DNA of 64,000 bases, taken from contig JALOCA010000016.1 in NCBI GenBank assembly GCA_023227965.1, positions 511 through 64,510 on the forward strand, read 5' to 3'. How positions within the stretch are numbered: the first letter of the stretch is position 1; each line of letters begins with the position of its first letter. The notes under the pieces were generated by a model. The model worked only from the letters and a program-made list of their open reading frames with translations, was not told the DNA's origin and made no database searches. Below are positions 9,199 through 18,541 of this stretch, in pieces. Position numbers and translations under genes: made by a program. Source of the stretch: Lentimicrobiaceae bacterium. Its GTDB lineage: Bacteria > Bacteroidota > Bacteroidia > Bacteroidales > JALOCA01.

Positions 9199-9654
9199 TT
9201 ACCTTCTGCAATTATCCTCTGCATACCATTCAGCATAGGAAGTTACGGTTTCCCGTAATTTCAGACTGTGAAGCTTTATGGTGGCAGGAAGTTTCTCTTG
9301 CAAAACAGCAGCAAAGTCAATCAGCAGGTTTTCGCTGGTAGGCTGGTAATCAGCAAAAATAAGCTTATCAAATAGTTCGTCTATTTCGCCAAAAGAAGAG
9401 CTTTGTGCTTTTTTATTTAGCACTAACGCATGATCGTATCTATCAATGATGTTTTCACGAACAATTTTCTTCAGTTCGCCAAAATCCATTACCATGCCCA
9501 ATTTTGGTGAATTTTGATCTTCACAGGGCTTTCCGGAAACAGTAACCCAAAGTTCGTAAGAATGGCCGTGAATGTGGCGGCAGGCTCCGTCGTAACCGGC
9601 AAGGGCATGCGCCATTTCAAATTTGAATTCTTTTGTCAGCCGGATGACAGACAT
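9199..9654 (-). CDS. queD: 6-carboxy-5,6,7,8-tetrahydropterin synthase (QueD, PTPS-I class)
   Basis: 151 aa. FEMAHAL...CRHIHGHSYEL carries the Cx3HGH motif also seen in E. coli QueD (CGRLHGH). Confidence 0.8.
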   Translation of the reverse strand: MSVIRLTKEFKFEMAHALAGYDGACRHIHGHSYELWVTVSGKPCEDQNSPKLGMVMDFGELKKIVRENIIDRYDHALVLNKKAQSSSFGEIDELFDKLIFADYQPTSENLLIDFAAVLQEKLPATIKLHSLKLRETVTSYAEWYAEDNCRR

Positions 9655-9660
9655 AATAAC

Positions 9661-10722
9661 CTATTTTACAATTTTATAGTAGTAATTTACCTTTTGCATT
9701 TCGGATGTAAGATTAAGGATATAAACCCCACAGGAAAGGCCGGAAGTATTTAATGTAAATTTCCCTTCCCGGCTTGTTACCGGGCTAATAATCTGTTTTC
9801 CTTCCAGATTATAAACTGTGGCAAAATATTTTACAGATTCTGCATTGGAAATGGTTACATTACAAATATCATAAACCGGGTTGGGATAAATATCTACTGC
9901 AAGGGACGGTATTTCGGATACTTCACTTGTAGAACCCCAGATTGCATCAACAAACTCAGGATGGTCAATAAAAGGATTACGGTTATTCTGAATAAGGTAA
10001 ATAGCGTTGTTACGATTAATTTCTTTCGGGCTTACCGGATCCTGAACAGCCCACGCTTTCAGCAAGGCAAGTGCCCACGCTTTTGGCTCGCAGCCATCTA
10101 CCATTTGGCTTCCTGGCCAACTGCCATCTTCGGTATAATAACGGATAGCCATGTAAAAATAGGTACGGGCAATATCGCCTTTGTAAACATCTATAGGTTC
10201 AAAAACAATTCCGGTATAACCGCTGGTAGAACAATTTCCAAGTCTGCTCCCGTTTTCGGAAACCCAGTCGGGATAATTCACTTCCCCGAAAGGATAATTA
10301 CTTCTCTTTCCGTTAACAAAACCATCTGTTGGATAAATATGAAATAAATCAGATTTCATGGGCATGGCCTCATCAAACCAGCTTTGCGGAAAGCTGTGTT
10401 CGCGGTTGTAGCAATCGCCTTCCTGGTTGTAGCTGCCACATTCATCGTTATTGTTATAATAATAAATGTAAGGGGAAGTGCCTCCGGGGACGTCGGAATA
10501 AATATCCCAAACCGTATTGTTGGATTTTTTGTCCGTTTGCTCAAAATAGCTGATTAGTGAGCTGTATGTTTGTGCATTATGGTCATTAATGATATTGTGA
10601 AGAGCAGCTTTGAGAGCCGTTCCGGTCAATCCCTGGACTGAGTTATAATATCCTGCAGGGATTTGTCCCGAAACAAAATACAGGGAAATCAACAGGGAAA
10701 ATAAAAGAATACATTTCTTCAT
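9661..10722 (-). CDS. Endonuclease I family extracellular nuclease with T9SS C-terminal sorting domain
   Basis: 353 aa with a signal peptide. NREHSFPQSWF and DLFHIYPTDGFVNGKRSNYPFGEV are endonuclease-I signatures. The C-terminal YPNPV...GVYILNL...KIVK is a T9SS CTD. Confidence 0.8.
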   Translation of the reverse strand: MKKCILLFSLLISLYFVSGQIPAGYYNSVQGLTGTALKAALHNIINDHNAQTYSSLISYFEQTDKKSNNTVWDIYSDVPGGTSPYIYYYNNNDECGSYNQEGDCYNREHSFPQSWFDEAMPMKSDLFHIYPTDGFVNGKRSNYPFGEVNYPDWVSENGSRLGNCSTSGYTGIVFEPIDVYKGDIARTYFYMAIRYYTEDGSWPGSQMVDGCEPKAWALALLKAWAVQDPVSPKEINRNNAIYLIQNNRNPFIDHPEFVDAIWGSTSEVSEIPSLAVDIYPNPVYDICNVTISNAESVKYFATVYNLEGKQIISPVTSREGKFTLNTSGLSCGVYILNLTSEMQKVNYYYKIVK

Positions 10723-10759
10723 CGAAAGAAATTTAGGAAAGCAAAAATAGTTATAATAA

Positions 10760-11221
10760 TTACATGAAAATCAGAGGCACAATTTTTTTTAGCCATTCGG
10801 CATCTACAGCATCAAAGCAATTGAAATCTTTGCCGTCCACATCCAGAACACCTATGATTGCACCATTTTTATCCTTCAAAGGAACAACCACTTCCGATTT
10901 TGATCGGCTGTCGCAGGCTATATGTCCCGGAAAATCATGAACATCCTGAACTACGATTGTTTTTTTCTGGTTGATACCAGCCCAGCAAACGCCGGTATCT
11001 GTTTTCAATTCCTGGCAGGCAACCGGTCCCTGGTATGGACCCACCAACAGGCGCTCATTTTTTAAAAGGTAAAATCCGCACCAGAAAAAAGTATCCATTT
11101 TATGGTATAATACCGCAGCAATAGTTGCCATCCGCGAAACGGGATCGTTGCTTTTGGGAACAAGTTCAGTAAGTTGTTGATAAATTCTTTCGTAACGACC
11201 TATTTTCTTAGCTGTTTCCAT
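10760..11221 (-). CDS. GAF domain protein (free methionine-(R)-sulfoxide reductase type)
   Basis: 153 aa single GAF domain. WCGFYLL...GPYQGPVACQEL...GVCW resembles the YebR/fRMsr family. Confidence 0.65.
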   Translation of the reverse strand: METAKKIGRYERIYQQLTELVPKSNDPVSRMATIAAVLYHKMDTFFWCGFYLLKNERLLVGPYQGPVACQELKTDTGVCWAGINQKKTIVVQDVHDFPGHIACDSRSKSEVVVPLKDKNGAIIGVLDVDGKDFNCFDAVDAEWLKKIVPLIFM

Positions 11222-11330
11222 AAAAATTTATTTGATGCAAAGATACGGTAATAAAAAAACATCCTGTAAAGCAGGTGCAGTACAGGATGTTTAATTGAGC
11301 TAAAATTTTATTCAAATACTTCTTATGCAC

Positions 11331-12713
11331 TTATTTTACTCTTTCCAACTCAACAGTAAAATGGCGCATGAGAGGTGCAGGTTCGGCAGTAATCCTTAAC
11401 CCTTTGATAATTTGATCACGGCGATCAAATACATTTTTTAGAGCAACGGCTACAACATCTATGTGGTTGTTGGTATAAACCCTTCTTGGAATAGCCAAAC
11501 GAAGTAATTCAAGAGCAGGGTAACGGCTTTCGTGGGTTTCCGGATCACGGTCGGTCATCAGGGCGCCAATTTCCACACCACGGATACCAGCTTCCAGATA
11601 TAGTTCAATAGCAAGAGTTTGTGCTACAAACTGTTCTTTAGGGAGGTTAGGTAAAAAACGCTTTGCATCTACAAAAACAGCATGTCCACCTATGGGGTAT
11701 TGTATAGGAATTCCAAATTCTATCAGTCTGTTTCCTAAGTGTTCTACTTGTTTTATTCTTGTTTCGAGGTAACTGAATCCGGTATTTTCATAAAGTCCGC
11801 AGGCAAGTGCATTCATGTCTCTTCCCGACATACCGCCGTAAGTAACAAAACCTTCGAACATAATATTGAAAGTGCTGGCTCTTCTCCAAAGATCCTGATT
11901 ACGCATAGCAATAAATCCGCCCATGTTTACAATCGCATCTTTTTTGCTGCTCATGGTCATTCCGTCGGCATAGCTGTACATTTCGGCTACAATTTCGCGA
12001 ATGCTCTTATTTTCATATCCTTTTTCTCTAACTTTGATGAAATAAGCATTTTCGGCAAAACGTGCAGAATCATAAAATACTGGAACACCATATTTTGAAG
12101 CAATGTTATGAATATCTCTGAGATTTTGCATGGAAACGGGCTGTCCTCCCGAAGAATTGCAAGTGATTGTGATAACAATCAGGGGAATTTTTTCCACCGG
12201 ATTTTCTTTCAACACTTTTTCAAGCTTTTCGATGTTAACATTTCCTTTGAAGGGATGCGGGTGAACGGTGTCGAAAGCTTCGTCAATGGTACAGTCAATC
12301 GCTTTGGCATGGCGATATTCAATATGCCCCTTGGTAGTATCGAAATGGGAGTTTCCGGGAACAATGTCGCCATTTTTTAACATGGTAGTAAAAAGTACAT
12401 TTTCGGCAGCCCGTCCCTGATGGGTTGGTAAAAAATTGTCGAAACCGAAAATGTCTTTGATTGCAGATTTCATTTTGTAATAAGAAGATGCGCCGGCATA
12501 GCTTTCGTCGCCAAGCATCATTTCCGACCACTGGCGATCGCTCATGGCGCCGGTACCGGAATCGGTCAGCAAATCAATGAATACCTGATCGCTTCTAAGG
12601 TTAAACAAATTGTAACGTGCGTTTTTAATCCATTCTTCACGTTCGGCACGTGTACTGCGGCGGATGGGTTCCACCATTTTAATTTTATATGATTCTGAAA
12701 AAGGTAATTCCAT
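11331..12713 (-). CDS. tnaA: Tryptophanase (beta-eliminating lyase family; tyrosine phenol-lyase not excluded)
   Basis: 460 aa. MELPFSESYKIKMVEPIRRSTRAEREEWI...DLLTDSGTGAMSDRQW...SSKKDAIVNMGG (PLP lysine region). Confidence 0.8.
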   Translation of the reverse strand: MELPFSESYKIKMVEPIRRSTRAEREEWIKNARYNLFNLRSDQVFIDLLTDSGTGAMSDRQWSEMMLGDESYAGASSYYKMKSAIKDIFGFDNFLPTHQGRAAENVLFTTMLKNGDIVPGNSHFDTTKGHIEYRHAKAIDCTIDEAFDTVHPHPFKGNVNIEKLEKVLKENPVEKIPLIVITITCNSSGGQPVSMQNLRDIHNIASKYGVPVFYDSARFAENAYFIKVREKGYENKSIREIVAEMYSYADGMTMSSKKDAIVNMGGFIAMRNQDLWRRASTFNIMFEGFVTYGGMSGRDMNALACGLYENTGFSYLETRIKQVEHLGNRLIEFGIPIQYPIGGHAVFVDAKRFLPNLPKEQFVAQTLAIELYLEAGIRGVEIGALMTDRDPETHESRYPALELLRLAIPRRVYTNNHIDVVAVALKNVFDRRDQIIKGLRITAEPAPLMRHFTVELERVK

Positions 12714-12877
12714 AGTGATAGTAAATAAATATTTTTTAATTAAGTTGAATTAATAAAAAACAAAGAGTAAAACTACTCAGGCATAATAACTAAAATCGTC
12801 ACGCTCTTTAATGTTGAGATAAAGATACCTTGTGGAAAGAAGAAAATATAGGTGCATTACACATGTAAAATCGGCTC

Positions 12878-12885
12878 CAAAAGTA
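12878..12885 (-). promoter_or_regulatory. -7 promoter box TACTTTTG for tnaA
   Basis: The reverse complement of CAAAAGTA matches TAnnTTTG. This implies a leader of about 160 nt before the tnaA ATG (12713). Confidence 0.4.
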
Positions 12886-12974
12886 AAAAAATATTTTAAT
12901 CCGCATTTTTTTATGAAAATATTTTACAAATAATTAAAATACTGTAAAAACTTTAATAAAACAGGCAACAATAT

Positions 12975-12982
12975 TACTTTTG
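12975..12982 (+). promoter_or_regulatory. -7 promoter box TACTTTTG for mfd
   Basis: Matches TAnnTTTG, 55 nt upstream of the TTG start at 13038. Confidence 0.4.
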
Positions 12983-13037
12983 CAGCGATTTTTACTCGCC
13001 CGTAAAACAATTTACGGGCTGAAGTTATTTATACAAT

Positions 13038-16000
13038 TTGAAAACAGAAGAATTTTTATCTAATTACCAGCAGCAGGAAAATCTGCAAAAATGTATACGG
13101 GACATCCGTAAAGAGAAAAATAAACGCTTACATATCGAGGGACTTACTGGCTCCTCGGCTGCAATTGTCGCTACTGTGTTCCGTAATGCCACCGGGGGAT
13201 TGCACGTGTTGGTATTGCCCGACAAGGAAACGGCTGCTTATTTTTTCAATGATTTGGAAACCCTGAACGGTGAACGGGAAGAGGTATTTCATAAAAAAAA
13301 TGTGCTGTTTTACCCAACTTCTTACAAACGTCCTTACGAAATAGAAAAAATCGACAATACCAATGTGTTGCTGCGTACCGAGGTACTGAAACGACTTGCT
13401 TCCTCCGAAAGAGCAAACATGGTAGTAACGTATCCGGAAGCTCTTTGCGAAAAAGTGATTACACAGGGCTATCTTCAAAAAAACTCGCTGAAGATGAAAG
13501 TTGGGGAAAAACTATCGTTCGACTTTGTTGCCGATTTGTTTACCGAACTGGATTTCGAAAGGGTGGACTTTGTGGCAGAACCCGGTGAGTTTTCCATACG
13601 CGGGGGTATTGTGGATGTGTTTTCCTACACCAATGATTATCCCTACCGTATCGAATTTTTTGGTGACGAGGTGGAATCCATCCGCTCTTTCCAACCGGAA
13701 ACCCAGCTTTCTATTGACCGGCTGGATCACATCACTATAGTTCCCAATATGCAAAACAGACTTCTACAGGAGAAAAGGATTTCCTTTTTTAAATACATGC
13801 CGGAGAATGTCTTCCTATGGATGAACGACTTCCGGTTTGCAACGGAAAAAATACAACAGGAGTACGAAAAAGCGGAGAAAATTTTCGGGGAATTTTCAGG
13901 AGAAATAAAACATCTTCCACCGGAAGAACTTTTTACCACCGGAAAAGAGTTTACACGCGATGTGCTGAACCATCCGGTGGTAGAATTCGGTAAACATTTT
14001 ACCCTTGATGCAGCTTCTTCCGCCAGTTTCCAGATGATTCCGCAACCTTCCTTCAATAAAAATTTTGAAATGTTCATCAACCAACTGCTCAAAAATTCAA
14101 AGTCGGGTATGCAAAATATTATCGTTTCCGACAATCCTAAACAACTGGAGCGTTTGCAAACCATCATTGACGACCTTTGTGCAAGCAAAAATATTGTTGG
14201 TGAAGTGCATTTTTCCACCCTCAGCATTGCCCTGCACGAAGGGTTTATTGACAAAACTACTGGCATTGCCTGCTACACCGATCACCAACTGTTTGAACGT
14301 TACCACCGTTTTCAGTTGAAAGACAACTTCAGCGGCAAACAGGCGCTTACCCTCAAGGAAATTTACAACCTACAACCCGGCGATTTCGTTACGCACATTG
14401 ACCATGGTATAGGAAGATTTACCGGATTGGAGAAAATTATCAACAACGGAAAAATACAGGAAGCCATCCGGCTGGTGTATAAGGATAATGATATGCTGTA
14501 CGTTAGTATTCATTCTCTGCACCGGATTTCTAAATACGTAGGAAAAGACGGCTTGGCTCCTTCTTTGAATAAACTGGGTTCTAACGCATGGAACAAACTG
14601 AAAACAAAAACCAAGCAGCGAGTAAAAGATATTGCCAAAGAGTTGATACAATTATACGCCAAACGTAAGTCCGCAGAAGGTTTCCTCTTTTCGCCGGATA
14701 CGTATCTTCAGCACGAACTGGAAGCCTCTTTTATTTACGAAGATACCCCCGACCAGCTAAAGACCATCCTCGATGTAAAAAAAGACATGGAACAGCCCAA
14801 CCCGATGGACCGCCTCGTGTGTGGCGACGTTGGCTTCGGGAAAACGGAAATTGCCATACGCTCTGCTTTTAAAGCTGTAAACGACAGCAAACAGGTAGCG
14901 GTACTGGTTCCAACCACCATCCTTGCCTTGCAACATTACAAAACCTTCAGCGAACGGCTGAAAGATTTGCCCTGTACGGTGGATTATCTCAATCGTTTTA
15001 AAACCACCAGGCAGCAACACGAAACCCTGAGTAATCTCGAAAAAGGAAAAGTGGATATTCTTGTCGGGACACACCGGCTGATAAGCAAAGACGTAAAATT
15101 TAAAGACCTGGGTTTGCTCGTCATTGATGAAGAACAAAAATTTGGTGTAGCAGTAAAGGAAAAACTGAAAGCCATGAAAGTAAATGTAGATACCCTTACC
15201 CTTACAGCTACCCCCATCCCGCGTACTTTGCAATTTTCACTGATGGGTGCCCGCGACCTTTCCATCATCAACACTCCGCCGCCAAACCGCTATCCGGTAC
15301 AAACAGAAGTTCACACTTTTAACGAAGAAACTATCCGCGATGCCATAAGTTACGAACTTTCGCGTGGCGGGCAGGTGTTTTTTGTTAACAACCGCATCCA
15401 AAATCTTATGGATATTACCGGAATGATTCAGCGGGTGGTTCCCGATTGCCGCATCGCCATCGGACACGGGCAAATGGAAGGCAATAAGCTGGAAAAAATC
15501 ATGCTCGACTTTATCGAAGGTGAATATGATGTGTTGGTTTCAACCACCATCATTGAATCGGGATTAGACATCCCAAATGTCAATACCATCATCATTAATG
15601 ATGCACATCATTATGGTCTCAGCGATTTGCATCAGTTGCGCGGCAGGGTAGGCCGTACCAACAAGAAAGCTTTCTGTTATCTGCTTGCTCCTCCCCTTTC
15701 GGTACTTACTGACGAAGCCCGTAAACGATTAAAAGCTATCGAAGAATTTTCTAAAATTGGTAGCGGTTTCAATATTGCCATGCGCGACCTCGCTATCCGC
15801 GGTGCCGGTAACCTACTGGGCGCCGAACAAAGCGGATTTATCAGCGACATCGGGTTCGAAATGTACCATAGAATATTGGACGAAGCCATTTTGGAATTGA
15901 AAGAGACCGAATTCAAAGACATTTTCCACCAGGAAACACCAAAGGAATTTGTCCGCGAATGCCAGATAGAAACCGACCTCGAAATTCATATCCCGGATGA

Positions 16001-16433
16001 TTATATCAGCAACATCACCGAACGTCTCAGCCTGTATAAGGAACTGGATAACATAAATAAAGAGGAAGATCTCATGGCATTTCAGGAACGGTTGATCGAT
16101 CGTTTCGGACCTGTTCCCAAACCAGTACTCGAACTGATGAACACCCTGCGCCTGCGCTGGATGGCAAGGTCTCTTGGTTTTGAAAAAATAGTGATGAAAA
16201 ATGCCATGCTTTCAGCATATTTTGTATCGAACCAGGAATCACCCTATTACCAGTCGGCTGTTTTCGGCAAAGTATTGCAGTTTGTAAAACAAAATCCTGC
16301 AGGTTGCCGCATGAAAGAAACCGGAAATAAGCTCACCCTGTCATTTCTTAAAATACAAAACATAGGAGATGCCCTCCGGACACTGATGCCGTTGGCAGAG
16401 GTGCAAAACATTACGAACCTGAGTTTGGGATAA
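13038..16433 (+). CDS. mfd: Transcription-repair coupling factor
   Basis: 1131 aa. UvrB-homology N-terminus, RNAP-interaction region, superfamily-2 helicase motifs (GDVGFGKTE, DEEQKFG, TATPIPRT, QLRGRVGR) and a TRCF C-terminal domain. Apparent TTG start; the next in-frame Met lies far downstream. Confidence 0.93.
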   Translation: MKTEEFLSNYQQQENLQKCIRDIRKEKNKRLHIEGLTGSSAAIVATVFRNATGGLHVLVLPDKETAAYFFNDLETLNGEREEVFHKKNVLFYPTSYKRPYEIEKIDNTNVLLRTEVLKRLASSERANMVVTYPEALCEKVITQGYLQKNSLKMKVGEKLSFDFVADLFTELDFERVDFVAEPGEFSIRGGIVDVFSYTNDYPYRIEFFGDEVESIRSFQPETQLSIDRLDHITIVPNMQNRLLQEKRISFFKYMPENVFLWMNDFRFATEKIQQEYEKAEKIFGEFSGEIKHLPPEELFTTGKEFTRDVLNHPVVEFGKHFTLDAASSASFQMIPQPSFNKNFEMFINQLLKNSKSGMQNIIVSDNPKQLERLQTIIDDLCASKNIVGEVHFSTLSIALHEGFIDKTTGIACYTDHQLFERYHRFQLKDNFSGKQALTLKEIYNLQPGDFVTHIDHGIGRFTGLEKIINNGKIQEAIRLVYKDNDMLYVSIHSLHRISKYVGKDGLAPSLNKLGSNAWNKLKTKTKQRVKDIAKELIQLYAKRKSAEGFLFSPDTYLQHELEASFIYEDTPDQLKTILDVKKDMEQPNPMDRLVCGDVGFGKTEIAIRSAFKAVNDSKQVAVLVPTTILALQHYKTFSERLKDLPCTVDYLNRFKTTRQQHETLSNLEKGKVDILVGTHRLISKDVKFKDLGLLVIDEEQKFGVAVKEKLKAMKVNVDTLTLTATPIPRTLQFSLMGARDLSIINTPPPNRYPVQTEVHTFNEETIRDAISYELSRGGQVFFVNNRIQNLMDITGMIQRVVPDCRIAIGHGQMEGNKLEKIMLDFIEGEYDVLVSTTIIESGLDIPNVNTIIINDAHHYGLSDLHQLRGRVGRTNKKAFCYLLAPPLSVLTDEARKRLKAIEEFSKIGSGFNIAMRDLAIRGAGNLLGAEQSGFISDIGFEMYHRILDEAILELKETEFKDIFHQETPKEFVRECQIETDLEIHIPDDYISNITERLSLYKELDNINKEEDLMAFQERLIDRFGPVPKPVLELMNTLRLRWMARSLGFEKIVMKNAMLSAYFVSNQESPYYQSAVFGKVLQFVKQNPAGCRMKETGNKLTLSFLKIQNIGDALRTLMPLAEVQNITNLSLG

Positions 16434-16524
16434 AACATGTTTTACATCTACCTGATATTAATCCGTCAGGGTTTTAATATCCATAAAAAAGAATTGATGA
16501 TTCCTGTTAGTTCTCCATCAGGAG

Positions 16525-16656
16525 ATTAATTGTTTTAAAAGGATGATTGCCCTATAAACAATATTTTATAAAAAATCAACATTCTATTAACATTTATCGC
16601 CTACGACGAAACGTAACATGCTGAAATATTATAAAAATGGTTTGCAACCTTATGCC
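16525..16656 (+). repeat. Copy B of the conserved noncoding intergenic element (partner at 4013..4120)
   Basis: See copy A. It lies in the gap between the convergent genes mfd (+) and the serine hydrolase (-). Confidence 0.6.
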
Positions 16657-16785
16657 GGACTCAGGTCGAGAACTACTTCTTTTTTCTTAACCTCCAGCGC
16701 ATATCAGGCAATTGCTATTTAATTTTAATCAATTTTCCCCGGCAACTTTTGCCTTAGGTCTCTGTGTGAAATTCAATCTCCACGC

Positions 16786-18321
16786 TCACAACTCTTTCAC
16801 AAATTCATAAGATGTAAACTCTAAAAAGTCGGCTACTGATAGCGAAAACGATATTACTTTATCATTTTTAATAGTAAAGGGAAAAATTTTTATTCCGTAC
16901 ATCGGGTCGCTGTAAGTGCAAAGGAAACGGTTTTTACCAATATGTTGCAAGGTGGCGCTCAGCTTTGGATGATGCTCAAATTTCAGTGTTAGTTCGTTTT
17001 TATTAGCGTCAACAACAATTTTACCATAAACGGGGTTTGAGTATTTCCCTTCAAAAGCCTTCAAAGGAAGCGGGCTTGGCAATTGGGCAGCGGCGCTATC
17101 GCGCCAGTCGGCGATTTCCTGCTGTTGTTCGGCAAGATTGCTCTTTACCCATTCACAATACAAATCGCTGTAATTCCGGTAAGGTAAACCTAAATAAGCA
17201 TCAATAATTTCCCATTTCAAGGCTTCGTAAAGAGCATTATGATCGGTGTTTGTGAGTATTACTATTCCGAGCTTTTCCTCTGGGAGAAGAGTTACGGAAG
17301 ACACAAACCCATCAACTCCTCCGGTATGCGAAACAATTTCGCGACCTTCGTAGTCCTCAAGTTGCCATCCAAGTGCATAAAGTGAAAAATGTTTATGGTT
17401 AAAGGGATGCCCGCTTCTTCCGATGATAGACTGAGGCTGGCGGGTTTTGCGGATTACATTGAATGGTATCACCTTTGCATGGTTGTAATTGCCGCTATCG
17501 GTTTGGGCTATTAGCCAGTGACTCAAGTCGTGAGCCGATGAGCTGATGCTTGCAGCGGGTGCCAGTCCGTCGAAATGTCCATAAGGAATTTGAATTATCT
17601 TTCCATCCTGCCAGGTGTACGCGGCGGCTTTGTTGGTGGCTGCCGGAAGTTCTTTAGCCAAGGCAAGCGTACGGCTCATCTCCAGCGGAACGAAAAAGCG
17701 TTCTTTCATTGTTTCTTCCCATGTTTTTCCACTTATTTTTTCAATGCAAAGCCCAGCCATGGTAAAACCCGTGTTGCAGTATCCCCATTTCGTACGAAAT
17801 TCGTAAGGCGGTGTTAGTTTGCCATATTTACTAATAATGTCGGCGGGCGATAAATCGGAATTCCAGAAAGTAAAATCACCCTGGAAAGTCTCAGTCCCAA
17901 GCCGGTGGCAGAGGATGTCGGTAAGGCTAATGTGTTGGGTTACCCATGGGTCGTTAAGCAAAAGATTGGGCAACCATTTAATTACAGGGTCTTTTAGCTT
18001 ACATTTTCCTTCTGCGTCGAGCATGGCAAGTGCCGTTGCCGTGAAGGCTTTGGTATTTGAACCTATCATGAACAATGTATTTTCGTCAACCTTTGTATCC
18101 TTTCCCAACTGGCAGTAGCCATATCCTTTTTCCAACACCACTTTGCCGTCTTTTACAATGGCAACCGCCACTCCTGGAATTTCCCAGTTGTGTAAAGCCC
18201 TGTTGATGTATTTATCTAGGCTATCGCTGATGAATGCCGGAGGTTTAACATTTTGAGAAAAAATGTTGACTGCCAAAAGCAGAAAAACTAAAATAAAAAA
18301 TTTGTGGATAAAATATTTCAT
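16786..18321 (-). CDS. Serine hydrolase, class C beta-lactamase/penicillin-binding-protein-like
   Basis: 511 aa with a signal peptide. SxxK motif (GSNTKAFT), YxN (YCN) and a C-terminal extra domain. Confidence 0.8.
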   Translation of the reverse strand: MKYFIHKFFILVFLLLAVNIFSQNVKPPAFISDSLDKYINRALHNWEIPGVAVAIVKDGKVVLEKGYGYCQLGKDTKVDENTLFMIGSNTKAFTATALAMLDAEGKCKLKDPVIKWLPNLLLNDPWVTQHISLTDILCHRLGTETFQGDFTFWNSDLSPADIISKYGKLTPPYEFRTKWGYCNTGFTMAGLCIEKISGKTWEETMKERFFVPLEMSRTLALAKELPAATNKAAAYTWQDGKIIQIPYGHFDGLAPAASISSSAHDLSHWLIAQTDSGNYNHAKVIPFNVIRKTRQPQSIIGRSGHPFNHKHFSLYALGWQLEDYEGREIVSHTGGVDGFVSSVTLLPEEKLGIVILTNTDHNALYEALKWEIIDAYLGLPYRNYSDLYCEWVKSNLAEQQQEIADWRDSAAAQLPSPLPLKAFEGKYSNPVYGKIVVDANKNELTLKFEHHPKLSATLQHIGKNRFLCTYSDPMYGIKIFPFTIKNDKVISFSLSVADFLEFTSYEFVKEL

Positions 18322-18500
18322 TTAAATCAGAATTTAATAAGCAAATATATTACTAATCGTGGAGGTAAAGATAAAAATCACTATAAAAATGCTGGCTTTG
18401 GTAGGCAAAGAATGTAAATAGTGTTAACAGTTTTTGAATATTAAATTTATTGTTCTGCCTACAGGCTTGTACCTTAATGAAAATCTTTTCACTAATTATG

Positions 18501-18508
18501 TATCTTTG
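18501..18508 (+). promoter_or_regulatory. -7 promoter box TATCTTTG for metG
   Basis: Matches TAnnTTTG, 33 nt upstream of ATG 18542. Confidence 0.5.
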
Positions 18509-18541
18509 CGCCTTCTTTGTTAAAGAATAAAATTTTACACG

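Noticed and set aside
16437-16529. 30-codon ORF (MFYIYLILIRQGFNIHKKELMIPVSSPSGD) right after the mfd stop, plus short ORFs inside the two repeat copies (4072..4134; 16618..16722)
   Set aside because: The peptides are not conserved between the two repeat copies. The ATG in one copy is ACG in the other, and indels shift the frame. There is no promoter box, so the similarity is at the nucleotide level.
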